DNA from: a candidate division WOR-3 bacterium
GTDB lineage: Bacteria; Hydrothermota; 32-111
Direction: 5' to 3'
Length of the DNA stretch: 64,000 nt
NCBI GenBank assembly: GCA_039804105.1
Contig: JBDRZU010000001.1
Location: 992,001 to 1,056,000, forward strand
A model generated the notes under the pieces. It worked only from the letters and a program-made list of their open reading frames with translations, did no database searches and was not told where the DNA came from. Positions 30,934 to 41,869 of the stretch are shown piece by piece; within the stretch, counting starts at the first letter, position 1, and each line of letters starts with the position of its first letter. Made by a program: the position numbers and the translations under genes.

Positions 30934-32700
30934 TTAATATTTCTGGTTGTTATTTATAAATTTATATTTTTTAATTTTTTGATCTTTTTTAATTTCAGGT
31001 AAAACTTGATTAATAACAGGTTTTGTGCCAGTACTTTTGATAGATCTGTTTGCTACAAACCATTCAAAAGTTTTATCACTATTTTCATTTAAAGGATAAG
31101 AAATATTTGTTGGTGCTTCTTTATAATTTGTGATTATCAATAATTCATTTAAAATTTCTTCATTTGTTTCAGGAATAAAATTATTATCTAATTGATAATC
31201 CTCAAATTTGTATATGACTTTCTCATTTGAATTTTCCAACTTTCTTATCTTAACTTTTATTACATTTATCTTAACACTTCCCAATCCAAGTGGTTTTCCT
31301 AAACCAATCTTATGTGCATTATCTTTTCTTGCTCCAAAATTTAAAGACCAAATTAAATTTTTTAACTCATTTTCCGTGAGATTATTAAAATAAACTTTAA
31401 AATCAAATTTACATTCTGGATTAACAAGAGGTCTAATACAGACATTTCTTTTTGTTCCCTTTTCAATTTTAATCAAATTCAAATCTTTAAAATTATTATG
31501 ATGCCAATAAAATTTTCTTCCTTTTATTTCAGGTTTATAATCTATCTGTATTTGGTATTGATTATTTTCAAAACTTAATGCATAGTCATAATTCCATAAT
31601 CCAAGTTTTATATTTAAAGGTTTTTTTAAATAAAACTCTGTTGCTGTTAATTTGGGAGAAGCTTGTTCCTTTACAACTATTGGTTCTTTTGAATACAATT
31701 CTTCTAATTTGATATTATCATTTGAAAGTTGTGCATCAGTAAACCTTACTTTTGAAGAAATTGAATCCTCCTTATTTGCAAATCCAAAGACTTGACATGC
31801 AGGACAAAGTTCTTCTTTTTTATCGCAAGGAGAATGTTTCCCTATTAAACTTTTTAAATTATTGTAAAAAACTTCTCTTCCAATGCATGCTGGAGATAAA
31901 TAAATTAAACGTTTATTTCCTAAATTTAATATACTGTAATATACTAAAGCACCTTCATTTCTTATTCTGTTAATAGTCATTTCTCCAACTTTTTTATATT
32001 GGTTATGTTTTGAATCTCTTTGAGGGTTATCTTCCTTATAAACTTTATAATTTTTTATTAAATTTTCTACAGTTTTCTCATCTATTTTTATAGGATCTTT
32101 TCCATTGGGAACAAAAATTGATTCATATTTTTTGTTTATAAAACTTTCCCCATGATGAAAATAACCAATACCTTGGCCAAGATTCAAACTATTTAAAGAT
32201 ATCCGTTCTCCTTCTTTAAAATTTTGAATATTTACATTATTTTTTTTAATTTTTTTTCTATCACATGGTTTTATAATCCATTGATTTTGCTCAAAAGAAA
32301 CTATTCCAGGCATTGCTGGTTTTGGTGTCCTTTTATAAAGTATTTTTTCTTCATCTATACTTGAAAGACATGAATTCGTTATTGTTTCATAAATATTTCT
32401 TATTACTCCTCTTATTTCACTTCCTGGAATAACCGGTTTAGGCGGTTTAGGATCTTTTTGGTTTTTCAAATTATTATATGAATAAAAATCATAACTTTTA
32501 ATTTCATCATCTACTGTACTAAATGTTTTATCATTACTTGTATTAGGTATAAAAATAGGTGTTAAAGGTTTAAGTTCACATTCAATGAATCCAGTAAATT
32601 TGCCTTTTACTCTTTTTCCCCTTTTTGGTGGATTACTCTCAATAGATACAAAATTATATGGATTTACAAAAGTTTGATTACTCTCTAGATATTTCCCCAT
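30934..32700 (-). CDS. Type III-D Cas7-group RAMP with large insertion
   Basis: NPYNFV, IPGSEIRG, CPACQVFG, GRKFYWHH, IGLGKPLGLG. Confidence 0.88.
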   Translation of the reverse strand: MGKYLESNQTFVNPYNFVSIESNPPKRGKRVKGKFTGFIECELKPLTPIFIPNTSNDKTFSTVDDEIKSYDFYSYNNLKNQKDPKPPKPVIPGSEIRGVIRNIYETITNSCLSSIDEEKILYKRTPKPAMPGIVSFEQNQWIIKPCDRKKIKKNNVNIQNFKEGERISLNSLNLGQGIGYFHHGESFINKKYESIFVPNGKDPIKIDEKTVENLIKNYKVYKEDNPQRDSKHNQYKKVGEMTINRIRNEGALVYYSILNLGNKRLIYLSPACIGREVFYNNLKSLIGKHSPCDKKEELCPACQVFGFANKEDSISSKVRFTDAQLSNDNIKLEELYSKEPIVVKEQASPKLTATEFYLKKPLNIKLGLWNYDYALSFENNQYQIQIDYKPEIKGRKFYWHHNNFKDLNLIKIEKGTKRNVCIRPLVNPECKFDFKVYFNNLTENELKNLIWSLNFGARKDNAHKIGLGKPLGLGSVKINVIKVKIRKLENSNEKVIYKFEDYQLDNNFIPETNEEILNELLIITNYKEAPTNISYPLNENSDKTFEWFVANRSIKSTGTKPVINQVLPEIKKDQKIKKYKFINNNQKY

Positions 32701-32708
32701 TTTTCCTC

Positions 32709-33143
32709 CTATTTAAATTTTAATATTCGTGCATCAAAAAACTCTATTAAACCATCTTCGGTATATTTATAATAATTTCTAATTTTGTATTTTTCCTTTT
32801 TTTCTAAATTGTAATAATTTAAAGAAATGCCTCTTTCTTTTTCTTCATTCCAGAGGTAATATTCTTCATCAATAAAACCATCAAAACTAAAATTTTCAGG
32901 AAAGGTTATTTTATCGATCTCAATTATTCTATAATTTATAAGGTCATTGGAAGTCCATAAATATATTTCTCTATCAGTGTTGAAAAATCTTGCCTCAATC
33001 AAATTATTATCATCGATTTTTAAATCATTAAATAAATTTTGATCGCTTAATCCTAAAACAACCTTTTCATATGAATATAAAATAAAAAACATTTCTTTTA
33101 AATTCAATTCTTTAAAAATTTCGTTTAATTTTTTATTTTCCAT
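32709..33143 (-). CDS. csx19: Csx19-like III-D subunit
   Basis: EARFFN..EIYLW, DEEYYLW, IRNYY...DAR; size and position between RAMP genes. Confidence 0.75.
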   Translation of the reverse strand: MENKKLNEIFKELNLKEMFFILYSYEKVVLGLSDQNLFNDLKIDDNNLIEARFFNTDREIYLWTSNDLINYRIIEIDKITFPENFSFDGFIDEEYYLWNEEKERGISLNYYNLEKKEKYKIRNYYKYTEDGLIEFFDARILKFK

Positions 33144-33155
33144 AAAAAACTCCTT

Positions 33156-34451
33156 TTATCTAATTTTCATTAAATTTTCATAACCATTTTTTTCAAAATC
33201 TTTTATATATTTTTCTTTATCATTAACTAAAACTTTCGAAATTTTAAGTAAACCTCTACCCACATTAGTTTCACCACCTATTGCATAGATTCCATTATCT
33301 ATTTCTCTCAAAACTAACATCAGAAGTTCAATATATGAATTCATTAAAGATTCATCTTTTTCTTTTAAAAAAATTTTCAACTTTGTTTTACCATTAAAAC
33401 ATGGTTCATTACAAAACAAAGCACTTTCAATATTTCCTCCTGTAAATCTATCAATCCTGATCCTTGTGTTTGGGATCAATTTGCCGTTTTCTATAACACT
33501 TTCTTCGAAAACAATTTTTGATGGTTTGCTTGTTTTATCGCTTTCTTTAACATAGCCAAATAAATCGTTAATAACTTTTTCAGCATCTTTATTTAGTTCT
33601 TTCAAAACCTGATAACATGAACTTCTAAAAAAACCAGCCCAACTTGTTCCTGGGATAATTGGCCTTCCGTTACTTTGGATTTGTGTTGCATCAACATCTT
33701 CTTCAATTTTATACTCTCTGATCAAAATAGAGTAAGGAATATCAAAAAAAACTTCGATTTTACAAATGTCGCTTTTATCAAGATTAAAAATTTTATGATT
33801 CAAATCTTCGTATCGGATATTTTCCTTTATAGAATTCCATTGAAAATTAATCCACTCTTTGATATTTTTAGAAACATCAACCTTTTGAATTTTTTCATCT
33901 TGTAAAATTACTTTTCCTAATCCTCTATTTGTTTTCGCGCCAAAAGAAATTTCACCATTTTTTAAAGAAGAAATGATTATATAAATAATTTCTTCTATTT
34001 CTTTTTCCTTATATAAAATGTTTTCTCTTAGAACAACTTCTAACCTTAATAAAAATTTATTTGAAACATCAACAATTTCATAATCAAATTTACTTTTATC
34101 AATAGATGTTTTTGTTTCGTAATCAATTGATACTCCTTCCCTAACTTTATTTTTTTCTTTCTCACAGACATTTCCATCATAAAACTTGAAAATACTTTGA
34201 TTACCAACATCACCATTTTCATCGATTAAATTTCCAAAACAATAATCGATTAAATCATCTTTAATACAATTTTTCAAGAAAGATCTTATTTTGCCTGCAA
34301 TGGTTGTTGCTGGTACAAATATTTTGCCTTCTCCATCTCTAACAAAGTCAATATCAGTTAATTCGTCTTCCCCATTTCCAATTAATATAGGAGAAATTGC
34401 TTCCAAAATTCCCTTAATATAATAAATTTTACATATTTTGTTTTCTTTCAT
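33156..34451 (-). CDS. csm3: Cas7-Cas7 (tandem Csm3-like) fusion
   Basis: Two RAMP units: SPILIG..D..VPATTIAG..FGAKTNRGLG and IPGTSWAG..RIRIDRFTG..IGGETNVGRG. Confidence 0.85.
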   Translation of the reverse strand: MKENKICKIYYIKGILEAISPILIGNGEDELTDIDFVRDGEGKIFVPATTIAGKIRSFLKNCIKDDLIDYCFGNLIDENGDVGNQSIFKFYDGNVCEKEKNKVREGVSIDYETKTSIDKSKFDYEIVDVSNKFLLRLEVVLRENILYKEKEIEEIIYIIISSLKNGEISFGAKTNRGLGKVILQDEKIQKVDVSKNIKEWINFQWNSIKENIRYEDLNHKIFNLDKSDICKIEVFFDIPYSILIREYKIEEDVDATQIQSNGRPIIPGTSWAGFFRSSCYQVLKELNKDAEKVINDLFGYVKESDKTSKPSKIVFEESVIENGKLIPNTRIRIDRFTGGNIESALFCNEPCFNGKTKLKIFLKEKDESLMNSYIELLMLVLREIDNGIYAIGGETNVGRGLLKISKVLVNDKEKYIKDFEKNGYENLMKIR

Positions 34452-34460
34452 TTTTGCTCC

Positions 34461-36560
34461 TTATTTTTTACTTTTGTAAATTAAAAGAGTAAACAAATTA
34501 CTAACATAAAATTTATAAAATTCTAACTTTTTCTCTTCAGTTAATTCACCCAATTCTTTAATTAAATTTTGAAATTCTTTGTTTTCAATAAAATTATTAA
34601 TATCTATTGTTATATTAGAACCTTGATTACTCATCCATAAATACGCTTTTAACTTTTCCAATTCTTTTACTCTACTTTTCCCCATTTTTTCCAACTTTGA
34701 TTTTAATTCAGATAAACTTTCCGATGTTTGGAAAATATTGTTTAATCTATATAAAAAACTTTTATTTATCTTAATTGGAGCATTATTTATTTTTTTCATA
34801 GCAGTTGAAATCAATATTTCTTTTAATTTTTCTTCAAATAAATATTTTTTTATTGCTTTAAATTCTGGGCATTCAACAGAAAATTCAGTATTGATATTTT
34901 TTTCAATATATTGTTTGTTTAACTTTTTATTTCCATGATAGTTTAAAATTATTTGTCCAAAACCTTCATTTGTCCTTTCTCCAAAACCTTTTAGTATATC
35001 TAATTTATTAATTTGAAAAGTTTTATTGTTTTTAATAATTATTTCACTACCTGCAGATATACATTCAATTTGTTGTTTCGGTAAACCCCACACACTTAAA
35101 AATCCTCCAACAAATTTTGTTTTAATAAAAGATTTTACAATAACTAAATCATTAAAATCAACTTTAAATCTTTCACTTAATTCTTTTTTTAAAATGTTTA
35201 AATCATTTGTAATATACCCAGTAGTAGGGTTTCTTAAAATTATATCACTTTTAAAAGTGAGCACTAAATTTGAATTTTTTTCTATTTGCTTAAGATTTTC
35301 AATTAGTTTGTTAAGTTTTATTTCTAAAATGTTTAAACTTCCATATTGAGAATTTTTGGACCTTCCTAAGTAAATAACTCCATTTTCATTAAGCAAATCA
35401 AGTAAAATTTTTAAATATTTATATTTACCAATTATTGTTCCAACAAACTCATTATCTTCTTTTAAACATTCATATTGAAAAAACTCTCCTTCTTCTTTTG
35501 ATGATTTTCCTAAAGATCTATCAACTGGTCTTTTGTGATGATAATTTATTTCTTTTTCTAAATTTTTTATATATAAATTTTCATTTTCAATAGATACCAA
35601 ATCTGAAACAGTTCCTTTCAAAATTTTATTATCATTCTCATTAAAGGTTAAATCAACAATATCATCAGAATCTTTTATCTTTTGTATCGATAATGGACAA
35701 GGGATGTATTCTCTATTATTTTCCTGAATGTAAAAGTTATTAAAAATAACTTCTTTTTTTAAAAATAGATTCGTAAAAAAATTGTCTTTTCCTTTTTTCT
35801 GTAAATATTTATTAGCCAAAAATCCTAAAATAAAACTACCTGGAATAAAATTTTCACTTTTTTCTTTTTTAATGAAGTTTGTATTGACTATTAAACCCTC
35901 TTTTGCTATCCCTCTTATACTAATCTCATAAAGATCTTCATCATTATATTTTGGATAATTTATTTGTAATTTAACTTCATTTTTAGATTCAATTTCTTTT
36001 ATCTCTTCAAGAAAAATTTCTCCAAAACCTCTATTTCTTTTAAGTCCCATAGATCTTGTAATTTTTAATAAATCATTTATAAAACTTTTATATTTCTCAT
36101 CAAAATCAATTTTAAAAACAAATTCTAAATTTTTCTTCAAAACTCTTGATGTTCTCAAAGAATTTTTTAAAGCTACTCCATTTTCATCTATTGAAGTTTG
36201 ATTTCTTAAATAAGTATAGTAAGAGATTATTCTTTCTTTATTAAAAAGAGTTTTATCTTTTTGACTTTTTATATTGTTTTTAATATTTTCATAGTTATTT
36301 ATATAAGCGTTTGATATTCTTAGATTACCAAAAACCTTATCACCACTTTTGCCAAACAAATAATCTATATCTTTTTTTTCAATTTTATAACCATTATCCA
36401 AAAGTTCCATAGCATTTTCTTTTAATAAACCTTTTATTCTCTTCGCTGGGATATAAGGAATTCCAAATTCATCATAAAAAACATCTGTATCTATTATTCC
36501 TGAAAGTCCTTGACCTGAATAAGGTATCGTATCTGATAATAATTTAATTTTTATAAACAT
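34461..36560 (-). CDS. csx10: Csx10 (Cas7-Cas5 fusion) with helical, possibly Cas11-like, C-terminus
   Basis: GIPYIPAKRIKG..GLKRNRGFG, then IPGSFILG..LGRSKNSQYG..GFGERTNEGFG. Confidence 0.8.
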   Translation of the reverse strand: MFIKIKLLSDTIPYSGQGLSGIIDTDVFYDEFGIPYIPAKRIKGLLKENAMELLDNGYKIEKKDIDYLFGKSGDKVFGNLRISNAYINNYENIKNNIKSQKDKTLFNKERIISYYTYLRNQTSIDENGVALKNSLRTSRVLKKNLEFVFKIDFDEKYKSFINDLLKITRSMGLKRNRGFGEIFLEEIKEIESKNEVKLQINYPKYNDEDLYEISIRGIAKEGLIVNTNFIKKEKSENFIPGSFILGFLANKYLQKKGKDNFFTNLFLKKEVIFNNFYIQENNREYIPCPLSIQKIKDSDDIVDLTFNENDNKILKGTVSDLVSIENENLYIKNLEKEINYHHKRPVDRSLGKSSKEEGEFFQYECLKEDNEFVGTIIGKYKYLKILLDLLNENGVIYLGRSKNSQYGSLNILEIKLNKLIENLKQIEKNSNLVLTFKSDIILRNPTTGYITNDLNILKKELSERFKVDFNDLVIVKSFIKTKFVGGFLSVWGLPKQQIECISAGSEIIIKNNKTFQINKLDILKGFGERTNEGFGQIILNYHGNKKLNKQYIEKNINTEFSVECPEFKAIKKYLFEEKLKEILISTAMKKINNAPIKINKSFLYRLNNIFQTSESLSELKSKLEKMGKSRVKELEKLKAYLWMSNQGSNITIDINNFIENKEFQNLIKELGELTEEKKLEFYKFYVSNLFTLLIYKSKK

Positions 36561-36575
36561 AATTTATCTCCTTAT

Positions 36576-38087
36576 TTAAATATTTTCCAAAAATTCCATA
36601 ATTTCGATTGCATCATAGTATGGCGTTATTTTTTCTTCAGTAAAAATTTTATTTGAATTATCATAAGTTGGTAAACAAAAATTTCTACTATTTAAAAAGT
36701 TTATGTAAAATTCAACATCTTCTTTTGATTTTATAAGATAGGAACGCAACTTTTTTATTTTATTTTTTGGTTTATTATTAAAATCGTTAACTAATTTTTT
36801 TAAATTATTAAAATTAAATTTTTCCAATATTTTTTCACCACCTATATAATATGGCCTCCAAAGCAAATTATACGAATCATAGCCTTCTTTAGGTTCTGGT
36901 TTTTGCATATTTGGAACAGAATAAATTTTATTTCTTAATGTTTTAAGATCCGTTGTTATTCCTGAAAAAACAATATGAAAATCTATCCAACTACCTATAT
37001 AATTTAATTTATAATAACTTGAAATTCTTTTTCCTTTTTCCTTTGCACTTTTACATAATTCTTCTGCCAATTCATATCCTCTATAAAATGGAAAATGGGC
37101 TTTTACCAAAGCAACACCAGCAGATGCGGTTAAAGTTAATTCTTTACCATCAATTTTTATCCTTTCTTGTTCAATATTTTTAAGAATATCTTCCGCAATA
37201 CTTAAGCCATATTTACCTTCACAAATTAGGGTAATATCATCCCCTCCAAAAATTATAGGTCTAATTTTTATTTTATTATTGGCTATAAAATGCTTTTTAT
37301 TTTTCATTTTTTTTAAAGTTTCTGAAAACGCTTTTTCATAAATTTTATTTATATCAAATGATATTTTTTTAATTAATCGAATAGAATCTTTAAAATCTTT
37401 TGAATTTTGTAATATTCCTTTAATAAAATTACCCATACTATTTCCATCAATATGAATATAGGCAAGGTGTCCATCTTCTTTACCTCTGAATTTTTCTATA
37501 TTTTTTTCAAAAGTCAAACCATCAAGAACTTCTTTAAATTTTTCTTCAAAAATATTAATTTCTTCTTCTCTCCTCATTAAATATGCTGGTTTTGAAATAT
37601 AACCATCTTCATCTTTATAATAAGCGGGTAGATTATCCAAAAAACTTTCTCTCGTTATTGATATTCCAAGAAGTGATGTCTTTTTAGGTAACTTATTTTT
37701 TCTTATATTCGCTTGTTTTATTAACTCATCAAAATCTTTTTGATAATCCTGTAAATTAGTTTCTTTATATGAAACTGCGAAAGAAACAAGACCATAAGTA
37801 TAATCATAAAAATTTTTAGACAGTTTTTTAGTAAAATTTATTGCGCTTTCCTTATCATTGAACATTAAAAGTAAATTTCCTCCTCCAGAAAATATTATTT
37901 TGCCTTCTTTTGAATCTGATTCAAATCCTTTGTCAAGATCAATTTCTGTCACCCCCAGACTTTTTAAATTTTCATTAGAAAATAATTTTGAAACGATGGA
38001 AGATGCTCCAATATTTTCACGCATTTTTTTTGAAAGAAAAATAAAATTCTGAATCCCTGTCATATCATAATAGGCCAATGTCTTCAT
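36576..38087 (-). CDS. cas10: Cas10 (III-D-like), no HD domain, intact GGDD
   Basis: Begins at DMTGIQNFIF; SGGGN, HIDGNSMG, IIFGGDD, SAGVA, AEELCKSAK. Confidence 0.92.
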   Translation of the reverse strand: MKTLAYYDMTGIQNFIFLSKKMRENIGASSIVSKLFSNENLKSLGVTEIDLDKGFESDSKEGKIIFSGGGNLLLMFNDKESAINFTKKLSKNFYDYTYGLVSFAVSYKETNLQDYQKDFDELIKQANIRKNKLPKKTSLLGISITRESFLDNLPAYYKDEDGYISKPAYLMRREEEINIFEEKFKEVLDGLTFEKNIEKFRGKEDGHLAYIHIDGNSMGNFIKGILQNSKDFKDSIRLIKKISFDINKIYEKAFSETLKKMKNKKHFIANNKIKIRPIIFGGDDITLICEGKYGLSIAEDILKNIEQERIKIDGKELTLTASAGVALVKAHFPFYRGYELAEELCKSAKEKGKRISSYYKLNYIGSWIDFHIVFSGITTDLKTLRNKIYSVPNMQKPEPKEGYDSYNLLWRPYYIGGEKILEKFNFNNLKKLVNDFNNKPKNKIKKLRSYLIKSKEDVEFYINFLNSRNFCLPTYDNSNKIFTEEKITPYYDAIEIMEFLENI

Positions 38088-38096
38088 CTCTCCTCC

Positions 38097-40472
38097 TTAT
38101 TCATAAATCTTTTTTCCAATCAATTCTATTAACAGATCATTCATTCCTGTTTTAGTATATATATTCAATCTCTGTTTACCACTTTTGGTGACTATCCAGT
38201 AAGAAACACCCTTTTCACCTATCATCTTTTCAAATTCAAGATGGTTTTCATCAACTTTACATTTTCTCATCTCATCGAGGATAAATTCCGTAATCAGGTT
38301 TCTTCCAATTCTGTATATTCTTTTAATAATTTCTCTGATATCTTTATCTGTTATATCATTGATTCCACTGAAACCATCGCCCCATAAAGTTGAATGGCTT
38401 TTTTTCTCTCCAATTCTTATCGGAACTTCTTCCTGATCAATTATATAACTCTTATAATAATCAAAAATCATCTTACCAACAGGAGAATCTGTAAAACTTT
38501 TTATGTTTTTATCGTTGTTAAGTAATATTCTAAAATTTTGTGGCAAATTATTTTTAAATAAATTTTTTGCTCTTTCATAGTCAGTTTCATTTTTTATTTC
38601 CTGTATCAATTCATAATACTTCTCATAAAGTTTGAAATCAAACTCAATTGGAATTTCGGGAAGTTTTACAATAGAATTAAAATCCTCAAAAACATAGTAA
38701 ACTGGAACCTTGTATAGTACTGCAAGTATTGTTGCATAAGCGATCTCTGCTTTGAATCCACCGGTTGCAAGTATTTCAATGTTTCTTCCAGTATTATCGA
38801 TTATGTTCGTAACTTTTTTGATAAAATTTATCAGCCCTCTTGTTTCAAATTCATTTGCATCATATTTTAATCCCTCAATTTTTACCCTTTCAACATTTGC
38901 TTTATATTTTTCAAGAATATACTTTTCAAGTAATTTACACGACTTCTCTCCCTCTTCAGTATCACTTTCTATTAAGTAAAACCAGGAGTTTTTATTTACT
39001 TCTTTTTTTAACTTATGGATTGTATTTGTTTCTGCTGAGACCTTTTCTGGAGGATTTGAAAGCATAAAATCCAAAATATGTTCGAAAGTTTCCTCTTTAC
39101 CAGGACACATCTTTCTAAAATTTCCAAACACCGCAGTTCCAACTGTTACAATATAACTTTTCATATCTTTTCTCCTTAAAAGTTTTCCTTTTTTAAAAAT
39201 CAGTTCTTTCCCATTCTCCCCAATTATCGTTCTAACTTCCTTTTTCAATTTTTGTTTCACATTTTTAATCGCATCCAAATCTCCATGAACAAGCAAAACA
39301 TTTTTCGGAGTAGTTCTGTTGACATAAGATATTATACCTTTCAAACTTGAATGGAGTGACAAAGGAAAGTGTTCAACATTGACTTTTTTCACATACTCCT
39401 TCTCATCTATATATATAACTCCATTTTTTTCAGTTTTTAAAAGTTCATATCCTAAAGTTCCTTTTGCAAGATAACCTGTGAAAAGAACAGAGGATGTCTC
39501 ATCCTCAATAAGATGTTTTAAAATTTGATATGAAGGAGTATGAGGATTCAGCATTCCACTTGAAGCAATTATTATCGATTTTCGAGGTATAGAATCAATT
39601 TTTTCAATATATTTAGATTTTAACGATTTAGAATGACATTCTCTATAAATCGGGGTTATTTTATTTGCCATTCCAACCGTATATATCTTTTTAGTTAACA
39701 ATTCTTTACTTCTTCTTTCAAAAAGAAATAGTATTTCCTGTGTTTTTCCAAGTGCAAAAGCAGGTATCAAAACAATTCCGTTTTTTTCTAATGTTTTATT
39801 TATCGATTCTATAAATCTACTTTCATATTTTTCTCTCATCTTTTCTTCATATTCTGAGTTTCCATTTGTTGTTTCTGTTATCATAATATCAACATTTTTT
39901 TTATAATAGTTTAATTTTCCTGTCATAATATTGTTCGAAACAGAAAAATCACCTGTATAAATCAAAGAGTTCCCTTTGTTATCAAAAATATGTATTCCAC
40001 AACTCCCAATAACATGTCCTGATTTAAAAAGTTTAAAATTTATATTAGAATTCAATTGATTAACCTTGTTCAGTTCAATACATTCTATCTTTCTGTCAAG
40101 TTCAAAAAGATTTAATTTATTAAAATAAATTTCATAGAACCTTTTATTATAGTCATTCATCATTAAAACCTTTGCACTATCAAGAAGCATGATTTTATAG
40201 ATTTCTTTCGAATTCTGACTCATCACAATTCTTTTCACATCAAAAATTTTTTCTATAACAGGCAATGAACCAAGATGATCAAGATGGGGATGAGATACAA
40301 ATAAGAGATCAATTTTTTCATCTTCAATTTTATGAAGTAAAGGTAATTTGTTATATCCAGATTTATTTGGATCCATACCACAATCAAGCATAATTTTTAT
40401 TCCTTCCCAATCAACATAATAAGAGTTTGCCCCAATCTCCTGTGCCCCGCCAAGCGGCATAATTTTTATCAA
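38097..40472 (-). CDS. MBL/beta-CASP nuclease fused to APE2256-type CARF + C-terminal domain
   Basis: LDCG, SHPHLDHLG, GHVIG, YTGDF, PAFALGKTQE, SLHS, VHGD. From Met437: VTVGTA, SAETNT, SDTEEG, ATGGFKAE. Confidence 0.85.
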   Translation of the reverse strand: MIKIMPLGGAQEIGANSYYVDWEGIKIMLDCGMDPNKSGYNKLPLLHKIEDEKIDLLFVSHPHLDHLGSLPVIEKIFDVKRIVMSQNSKEIYKIMLLDSAKVLMMNDYNKRFYEIYFNKLNLFELDRKIECIELNKVNQLNSNINFKLFKSGHVIGSCGIHIFDNKGNSLIYTGDFSVSNNIMTGKLNYYKKNVDIMITETTNGNSEYEEKMREKYESRFIESINKTLEKNGIVLIPAFALGKTQEILFLFERRSKELLTKKIYTVGMANKITPIYRECHSKSLKSKYIEKIDSIPRKSIIIASSGMLNPHTPSYQILKHLIEDETSSVLFTGYLAKGTLGYELLKTEKNGVIYIDEKEYVKKVNVEHFPLSLHSSLKGIISYVNRTTPKNVLLVHGDLDAIKNVKQKLKKEVRTIIGENGKELIFKKGKLLRRKDMKSYIVTVGTAVFGNFRKMCPGKEETFEHILDFMLSNPPEKVSAETNTIHKLKKEVNKNSWFYLIESDTEEGEKSCKLLEKYILEKYKANVERVKIEGLKYDANEFETRGLINFIKKVTNIIDNTGRNIEILATGGFKAEIAYATILAVLYKVPVYYVFEDFNSIVKLPEIPIEFDFKLYEKYYELIQEIKNETDYERAKNLFKNNLPQNFRILLNNDKNIKSFTDSPVGKMIFDYYKSYIIDQEEVPIRIGEKKSHSTLWGDGFSGINDITDKDIREIIKRIYRIGRNLITEFILDEMRKCKVDENHLEFEKMIGEKGVSYWIVTKSGKQRLNIYTKTGMNDLLIELIGKKIYE

Positions 40473-41869
40473 CGTAACCCCTCTATTGTTATTTTTAATA
40501 ATTCAAAAGATTTTTCTAATTCTTCAAAAGACATGTTTAGGTTATATTTTTTTAAGTAATTGAGTATCAAAAATTTTGCTAATTTTTTTATATCTTCTTG
40601 CTCTTCTTTATTAATAATTTTATCTCCATGAGCCATATTTGAACAGTTTCGTATCTTTGAACAATTAAAAATCCATTTAACATCTATATTTCTTTCTTTA
40701 CTCAAAATATCGTTATTCAAAAGTTTTAATATAAAAACATCATCCATTAGTGCTGTTTTAGGTGGTAAACCAGTTCCTTTATATTCTTCACCAAAAACTT
40801 TTCCAGCAATTTCTTTAAACTTTCCAAAATCTATTTTTATCTTTGAATAATCAGGCTTAGAAGTATCAAATTCATAATCTTTTTTTAAAACTGATTGAAA
40901 AATCATTTCTACTGTTCGATATAACAAAAATGATGAAATTTCATACCGTTCTTTTTTTTCATAAAAAATTCCTAAAAAATAATGATTGAAAATTTTATAT
41001 TCCTCAGTTTCTTTAATGTTTTCCAGTAAATTTACATTAATTTCTAATTTACTTCTTAGATTATTATCTAATTCTTGAAATTTGTTTAATATTTGTTCAT
41101 ATAATTTTTTTGATTCTTCAAAATTAAAATCAATCCAGTTTTTTTGTGCTTGAGATAATAATTTTATTAATTCAATATTATATTGTTTTCTAAAAGTAGT
41201 CTTTTCTTCATATTCTTTTATCAATTTACATGCTTCATTGTAATTGCCTGAATTAAAATAATTTAAAACATCCAACAAAACCTTATCCCCTGAGAGATAA
41301 AAAGGATTATAAATAATTTTTAAAAATTCTGAAGAAAAAAAAGGTTTATTACTTTCTCTTACATATCTTCTATAATCTATATAACATGCGTCTATATTAA
41401 AAATAGCACTGATCATTCCAGATATAGCGCTCATTGTTTTTTTCCCACCTGTTAAATCAATTAAAATTATTTTTTCTTTATTTGAAAGGTATATGTCTAC
41501 AATTTTGTTATAAAAATTAGTTATATCTCTTTCATCTACTTCATGAAATGATATTTTTTCCTTTTCATATTCAATTTTTTCAAGAATAATATCTCTATAT
41601 TTTGAACTTTCCTTAGTAACAATTAAATAAATTGCTTCCTTCGGTTTTACTAATGAACCAGAAAGAATTGAAGTTGCAGGAGAAAGTCCAACTAAAGAAA
41701 TCAAAATATCATATTCTTTTTTTACCTCTTTTTTATTTTCGTCAATAAATTTTTTTAGATATAAAGGTAAAAACTCATTAAAATAAAATCTATCTTTTTC
41801 TTTAAAATCTTTTATTTCATTATATTTTTTGTTCATTTCGTCCATTAATTTTTCAAAATTTTTATCCAC
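40469..41869 (-). CDS. CARF-HEPN ribonuclease (Csm6/Csx1-like, TIGR02710-type)
   Basis: SLVGLSP, IDLTGGKKTMS, HEPN RNCSNMAHG. Start GTG 41869, or the in-frame duplicate GTG 41938. Confidence 0.85.
   Translation of the reverse strand: MDKNFEKLMDEMNKKYNEIKDFKEKDRFYFNEFLPLYLKKFIDENKKEVKKEYDILISLVGLSPATSILSGSLVKPKEAIYLIVTKESSKYRDIILEKIEYEKEKISFHEVDERDITNFYNKIVDIYLSNKEKIILIDLTGGKKTMSAISGMISAIFNIDACYIDYRRYVRESNKPFFSSEFLKIIYNPFYLSGDKVLLDVLNYFNSGNYNEACKLIKEYEEKTTFRKQYNIELIKLLSQAQKNWIDFNFEESKKLYEQILNKFQELDNNLRSKLEINVNLLENIKETEEYKIFNHYFLGIFYEKKERYEISSFLLYRTVEMIFQSVLKKDYEFDTSKPDYSKIKIDFGKFKEIAGKVFGEEYKGTGLPPKTALMDDVFILKLLNNDILSKERNIDVKWIFNCSKIRNCSNMAHGDKIINKEEQEDIKKLAKFLILNYLKKYNLNMSFEELEKSFELLKITIEGLR

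Noticed and set aside
38097..40472. Type VII Cas14 or housekeeping RNase J
   Set aside because: The C-terminal part is CARF, and the context is a complete Cas10-containing type III locus.
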